DNA from: Squalus acanthias
Taxonomy: Eukaryota
Assembly (NCBI GenBank): GCA_030390025.1
Contig: JASTWF010000339.1
Coordinates: 496,001 to 522,060 of the forward strand
Direction of reading: 5' to 3'
DNA: 26,060 nucleotides
Shown here: piece by piece, positions 21,401 through 26,060 of the stretch
Layout: the number at the start of each line of letters is the position of its first letter
How positions within the stretch are numbered: the stretch's first letter is position 1
Position numbers and translations under genes: made by a program
Notes under the pieces: generated by a model
What the model saw: the letters and a program-made list of their open reading frames with translations, nothing else
What the model was told of the DNA's origin: nothing
Databases searched by the model: none

Positions 21401-24400
21401 TGTACACACTGAACTCCCACAGTATGAATGGGGATTCCATGTGTGTGTGTGTGTTTCCAGTGATCCCCATTCACACTCTGGGGATTCTGTACACACTGAA
21501 CTCCCACAGTATGAATGGGGATTCCATGTGTGTGTGTGTTTCCAGTGATCCCCATTCACACTCTGGGGATTCTGTACACTGAACTCCCACAGTATGAATG
21601 GGGATTCCATGTGTGTGTGTGTTTCCAGTGATCCCCATTCACACTCTGGGGATTCTGTACACACTGAACTCCCACAGTATGAATGGGGATTCCATGTGTG
21701 TGTGTGTGTTTCCAGTGATCCCCATTCACACTCTGGGGATTCTGTACACACTGAACTCCCACAGTATGAATGGGGATTCCATGTGTGTGTGTGTGTTTCC
21801 AGTGATCCCCATTCACACTCTGGGGATTCTGTACACACTGAACTCCCACAGTATGAATGGGGATTCCATGTGTGTGTGTGTGTTTCCAGTGATCCCCATT
21901 CACACTCTGGGGATTCTGTACACACTGAACTCCCACAGTATGAATGGGGATTCCATGTGTGTGTGTGTGTTTCCAGTGATCCCCATTCACACTCTGGGGA
22001 TTCTGTACACACTGAACTCCCACAGTATGAATGGGGATTCCATGTGTGTGTGTGTGTTTCCAGTGATCCCCATTCACACTCTGGGGATTCTGTACACACT
22101 GAACTCCCACAGTATGAATGGGGATTCCATGTGTGTGTGTGTTTCCAGTGATCCCCATTCACACTCTGGGGATTCTGTACACACTGAACTCCCACAGTAT
22201 GAATGGGGATTCCATGTGTGTGTGTGTTTCCAGTGATCCCCATTCACACTCTGGGGATTCTGTACACACTGAACTCCCACAGTATGAATGGGGATTCCAT
22301 GTGTGTGTGTGTGTTTCCAGTGATCCCCATTCACACTCTGGGGATTCTGTACACACTGAACTCCCACAGTATGAATGGGGATTCCATGTGTGTGTGTGTT
22401 TCCAGTGATCCCCATTCACACTCTGGGGATTCTGTACACACTGAACTCCCACAGTATGAATGGGGATTCCATGTGTGTGTGTGTTTCCAGTGATCCCCAT
22501 TCACACTCTGGGGATTCTGTACACACTGAACTCCCACAGTATGAATGGGGATTCCATGTGTGTGTGTGTGTTTCCAGTGATCCCCATTCACACTCTGGGG
22601 ATTCTGTACACACTGAACTCCCACAGTATGAATGGGGATTCCATGTGTGTGTGTGTTTCCAGTGATCCCCATTCACACTCTGGGGATTCTGTACACACTG
22701 AACTCCCACAGTATGAATGGGGATTCCATGTGTGTGTGTGTGTTTCCAGTGATCCCCATTCACACTCTGGGGATTCTGTACACACTGAACTCCCACAGTA
22801 TGAATGGGGATTCCATGTGTGTGTGTGTGTTTCCAGTGATCCCCATTCACACTCTGGGGATTCTGTACACACTGAACTCCCACAGTATGAATGGGGATTC
22901 CATGTGTGTGTGTGTTTCCAGTGATCCCCATTCACACTCTGGGGATTCTGTACACACTGAACTCCCACAGTATGAATGGGGATTCCATGTGTGTGTGTGT
23001 TTCCAGTGATCCCCATTCACACTCTGGGGATTCTGTACACACTGAACTCCCACAGTATGAATGGGGATTCCATGTGTGTGTGTGTTTCCAGTGATCCCCA
23101 TTCACACTCTGGGGATTCTGTACACTGAACTCCCACAGTATGAATGGGGATTCCATGTGTGTGTGTGTGTTTCCAGTGATCCCCATTCACACTCTGGGGA
23201 TTCTGTACACACTGAACTCCCACAGTATGAATGGGGATTCCATGTGTGTGTGTGTGTTTCCAGTGATCCCCATTCACACTCTGGGGATTCTGTACACACT
23301 GAACTCCCACAGTATGAATGGGGATTCCATGTGTGTGTGTGTTTCCAGTGATCCCCATTCACACTCTGGGGATTCTGTACACTGAACTCCCACAGTATGA
23401 ATGGGGATTCCATGTGTGTGTGTGTGTTTCCAGTGATCCCCATTCACACTCTGGGGATTCTGTACACACTGAACTCCCACAGTATGAATGGGGATTCCAT
23501 GTGTGTGTGTGTGTTTCCAGTGATCCCCATTCACACTCTGGGGATTCTGTACACACTGAACTCCCACAGTATGAATGGGGATTCCATGTGTGTGTGTGTG
23601 TTTCCAGTGATCCCCATTCACACTCTGGGGATTCTGTACACACTGAACTCCCACAGTATGAATGGGGATTCCATGTGTGTGTGTGTTTCCAGTGATCCCC
23701 ATTCACACTCTGGGGATTCTGTACACACTGAACTCCCACAGTATGAATGGGGATTCCATGTGTGTGTGTGTGTTTCCAGTGATCCCCATTCACACTCTGG
23801 GGATTCTGTACACACTGAACTCCCACAGTATGAATGGGGATTCCATGTGTGTGTGTGTTTCCAGTGATCCCCATTCACACTCTGGGGATTCTGTACACTG
23901 AACTCCCACAGTATGAATGGGGATTCCATGTGTGTGTGTGTGTTTCCAGTGATCCCCATTCACACTCTGGGGATTCTGTACACACTGAACTCCCACAGTA
24001 TGAATGGGGATTCCATGTGTGTGTGTGTTTCCAGTGATCCCCATTCACACTCTGGGGATTCTGTACACACTGAACTCCCACAGTATGAATGGGGATTCCA
24101 TGTGTGTGTGTGTGTTTCCAGTGATCCCCATTCACACTCTGGGGATTCTGTACACACTGAACTCCCACAGTATGAATGGGGATTCCATGTGTGTGTGTGT
24201 GTTTCCAGTGATCCCCATTCACACTCTGGGGATTCTGTACACACTGAACTCCCACAGTATGAATGGGGATTCCATGTGTGTGTGTGTGTTTCCAGTGATC
24301 CCCATTCACACTCTGGGGATTCTGTACACACTGAACTCCCACAGTATGAATGGGGATTCCATGTGTGTGTGTGTTTCCAGTGATCCCCATTCACACTCTG

Positions 24401-26060
24401 GGGATTCTGTACACTGAACTCCCACAGTATGAATGGGGATTCCATGTGTGTGTGTGTTTCCAGTGATCCCCATTCACACTCTGGGGATTCTGTACACACT
24501 GAACTCCCACAGTATGAATGGGGATTCCATGTGTGTGTGTGTTTCCAGTGATCCCCATTCACACTCTGGGGATTCTGTACACACTGAACTCCCACAGTAT
24601 GAATGGGGATTCCATGTGTGTGTGTGTGTTTCCAGTGATCCCCATTCACACTCTGGGGATTCTGTACACACTGAACTCCCACAGTATGAATGGGGATTCC
24701 ATGTGTGTGTGTGTGTTTCCAGTGATCCCCATTCACACTCTGGGGATTCTGTACACACTGAACTCCCACAGTATGAATGGGGATTCCATGTGTGTGTGTG
24801 TTTCCAGTGATCCCCATTCACACTCTGGGGATTCTGTACACACTGAACTCCCACAGTATGAATGGGGATTCCATGTGTGTGTGTGTGTTTCCAGTGATCC
24901 CCATTCACACTCTGGGGATTCTGTACACACTGAACTCCCACAGTATGAATGGGGATTCCATGTGTGTGTGTGTGTTTCCAGTGATCCCCATTCACACTCT
25001 GGGGATTCTGTACACTGAACTCCCACAGTATGAATGGGGATTCCATGTGTGTGTGTGTGTTTCCAGTGATCCCCATTCACACTCTGGGGATTCTGTACAC
25101 ACTGAACTCCCACAGTATGAATGGGGATTCCATGTGTGTGTGTGTGTTTCCAGTGATCCCCATTCACACTCTGGGGATTCTGTACACACTGAACTCCCAC
25201 AGTATGAATGGGGATTCCATGTGTGTGTGTGTGTTTCCAGTGATCCCCATTCACACTCTGGGGATTCTGTACACACTGAACTCCCACAGTATGAATGGGG
25301 ATTCCATGTGTGTGTGTGTTTCCAGTGATCCCCATTCACACTCTGGGGATTCTGTACACACTGAACTCCCACAGTATGAATGGGGATTCCATGTGTGTGT
25401 GTGTGTTTCCAGTGATCCCCATTCACACTCTGGGGATTCTGTACACTGAACTCCCACAGTATGAATGGGGATTCCATGTGTGTGTGTGTTTCCAGTGATC
25501 CCCATTCACACTCTGGGGATTCTGTACACACTGAACTCCCACAGTATGAATGGGGATTCCATGTGTGTGTGTGTGTTTCCAGTGATCCCCATTCACACTC
25601 TGGGGATTCTGTACACACTGAACTCCCACAGTATGAATGGGGATTCCATGTGTGTGTGTGTGTTTCCAGTGATCCCCATTCACACTCTGGGGATTCTGTA
25701 CACACTGAACTCCCACAGTATGAATGGGGATTCCATGTGTGTGTGTGTTTCCAGTGATCCCCATTCACACTCTGGGGATTCTGTACACACTGAACTCCCA
25801 CAGTATGAATGGGGATTCCATGTGTGTGTGTGTGTTTCCAGTGATCCCCATTCACACTCTGGGGATTCTGTACACTGAACTCCCACAGTATGAATGGGGA
25901 TTCCATGTGTGTGTGTGTGTTTCCAGTGATCCCCATTCACACTCTGGGGATTCTGTACACACTGAACTCCCACAGTATGAATGGGGATTCCATGTGTGTG
26001 TGTGTGTTTCCAGTGATCCCCATTCACACTCTGGGGATTCTGTACACACTGAACTCCACA
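6411..26060. repeat. Tandem satellite array, ~85-87-bp monomer, about 228 copies, runs off the window end
   Basis: Consensus ATTCTGTACACACTGAACTCCCACAGTATGAATGGGGATTCCA(TG)6-7TTTCCAGTGATCCCCATTCACACTCTGGGG. Length variants come mainly from (TG)n and TA(CA)1-2CT. Copy number is estimated as 19650/86. Confidence 0.99.

Noticed and set aside
6389..26049. Hundreds of His/Cys-rich ORFs (HSHSGDSVHTELPQYEWGFHVCVC, CTESPECEWGSLETHTH) suggesting zinc-finger or metal-binding repeat proteins
   Set aside because: The 87-bp unit is a multiple of 3 and stop-free in several frames on both strands. Frequent 2-bp indels switch frames at random, and there is no C2H2 spacing or TGEKP linker.
6411..26060. CRISPR-like array (palindromic repeat with regular spacing)
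   Set aside because: The intervening sequences are identical rather than unique spacers, there are no cas genes, and the context is vertebrate.
6411..26060. CACAGTA in each monomer resembling a V(D)J recombination heptamer
   Set aside because: There is no ACAAAAACC-like nonamer at 12 or 23 bp and no V/D/J coding segments.

Overview
Repeat-only eukaryotic (vertebrate) DNA with no host gene. The CR1 3'-end style suggests a cartilaginous fish, which is an inference. Bases 1-6410 are a nest of transposons. An old CR1-clade LINE (CR1-A: 1-137, 706-1033, 5182-5402) is split by two insertions: a younger 5'-truncated CR1 (CR1-B, 138-705, AAAG duplication) and a full-length 4148-bp PIF/Harbinger DNA transposon (1034-5181). 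The Harbinger has 12-bp TIRs, a TTT duplication, subterminal TTAGCGCC palindromes, a + strand DDE transposase, and a convergent 3-exon Myb/SANT-like gene that splices into a clean 459-aa ORF. Its transposase carries a D-to-N change at a conserved acidic residue and a C-terminal frameshift, so this copy is probably immobile on its own. A third CR1 (CR1-C, 5403-6410) keeps the ORF1/ORF2 junction with an in-phase T_TTA_AAT -1 slippery heptamer and has a large in-frame internal deletion. It is cut off by a ~19.6-kb tandem satellite (6411 to the window end, about 228 monomers of 83-89 bp). Each monomer is two ~25-bp inverted arms around a (TG)n tract. A 14-16-monomer higher-order periodicity near the array edge fades into near-identical monomers. 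All ORFs inside the satellite are artefacts of the repeat. I found no evidence of a wholly new biological system; the best leads are the quasi-palindromic satellite, the Harbinger element and the candidate CR1 frameshift site.
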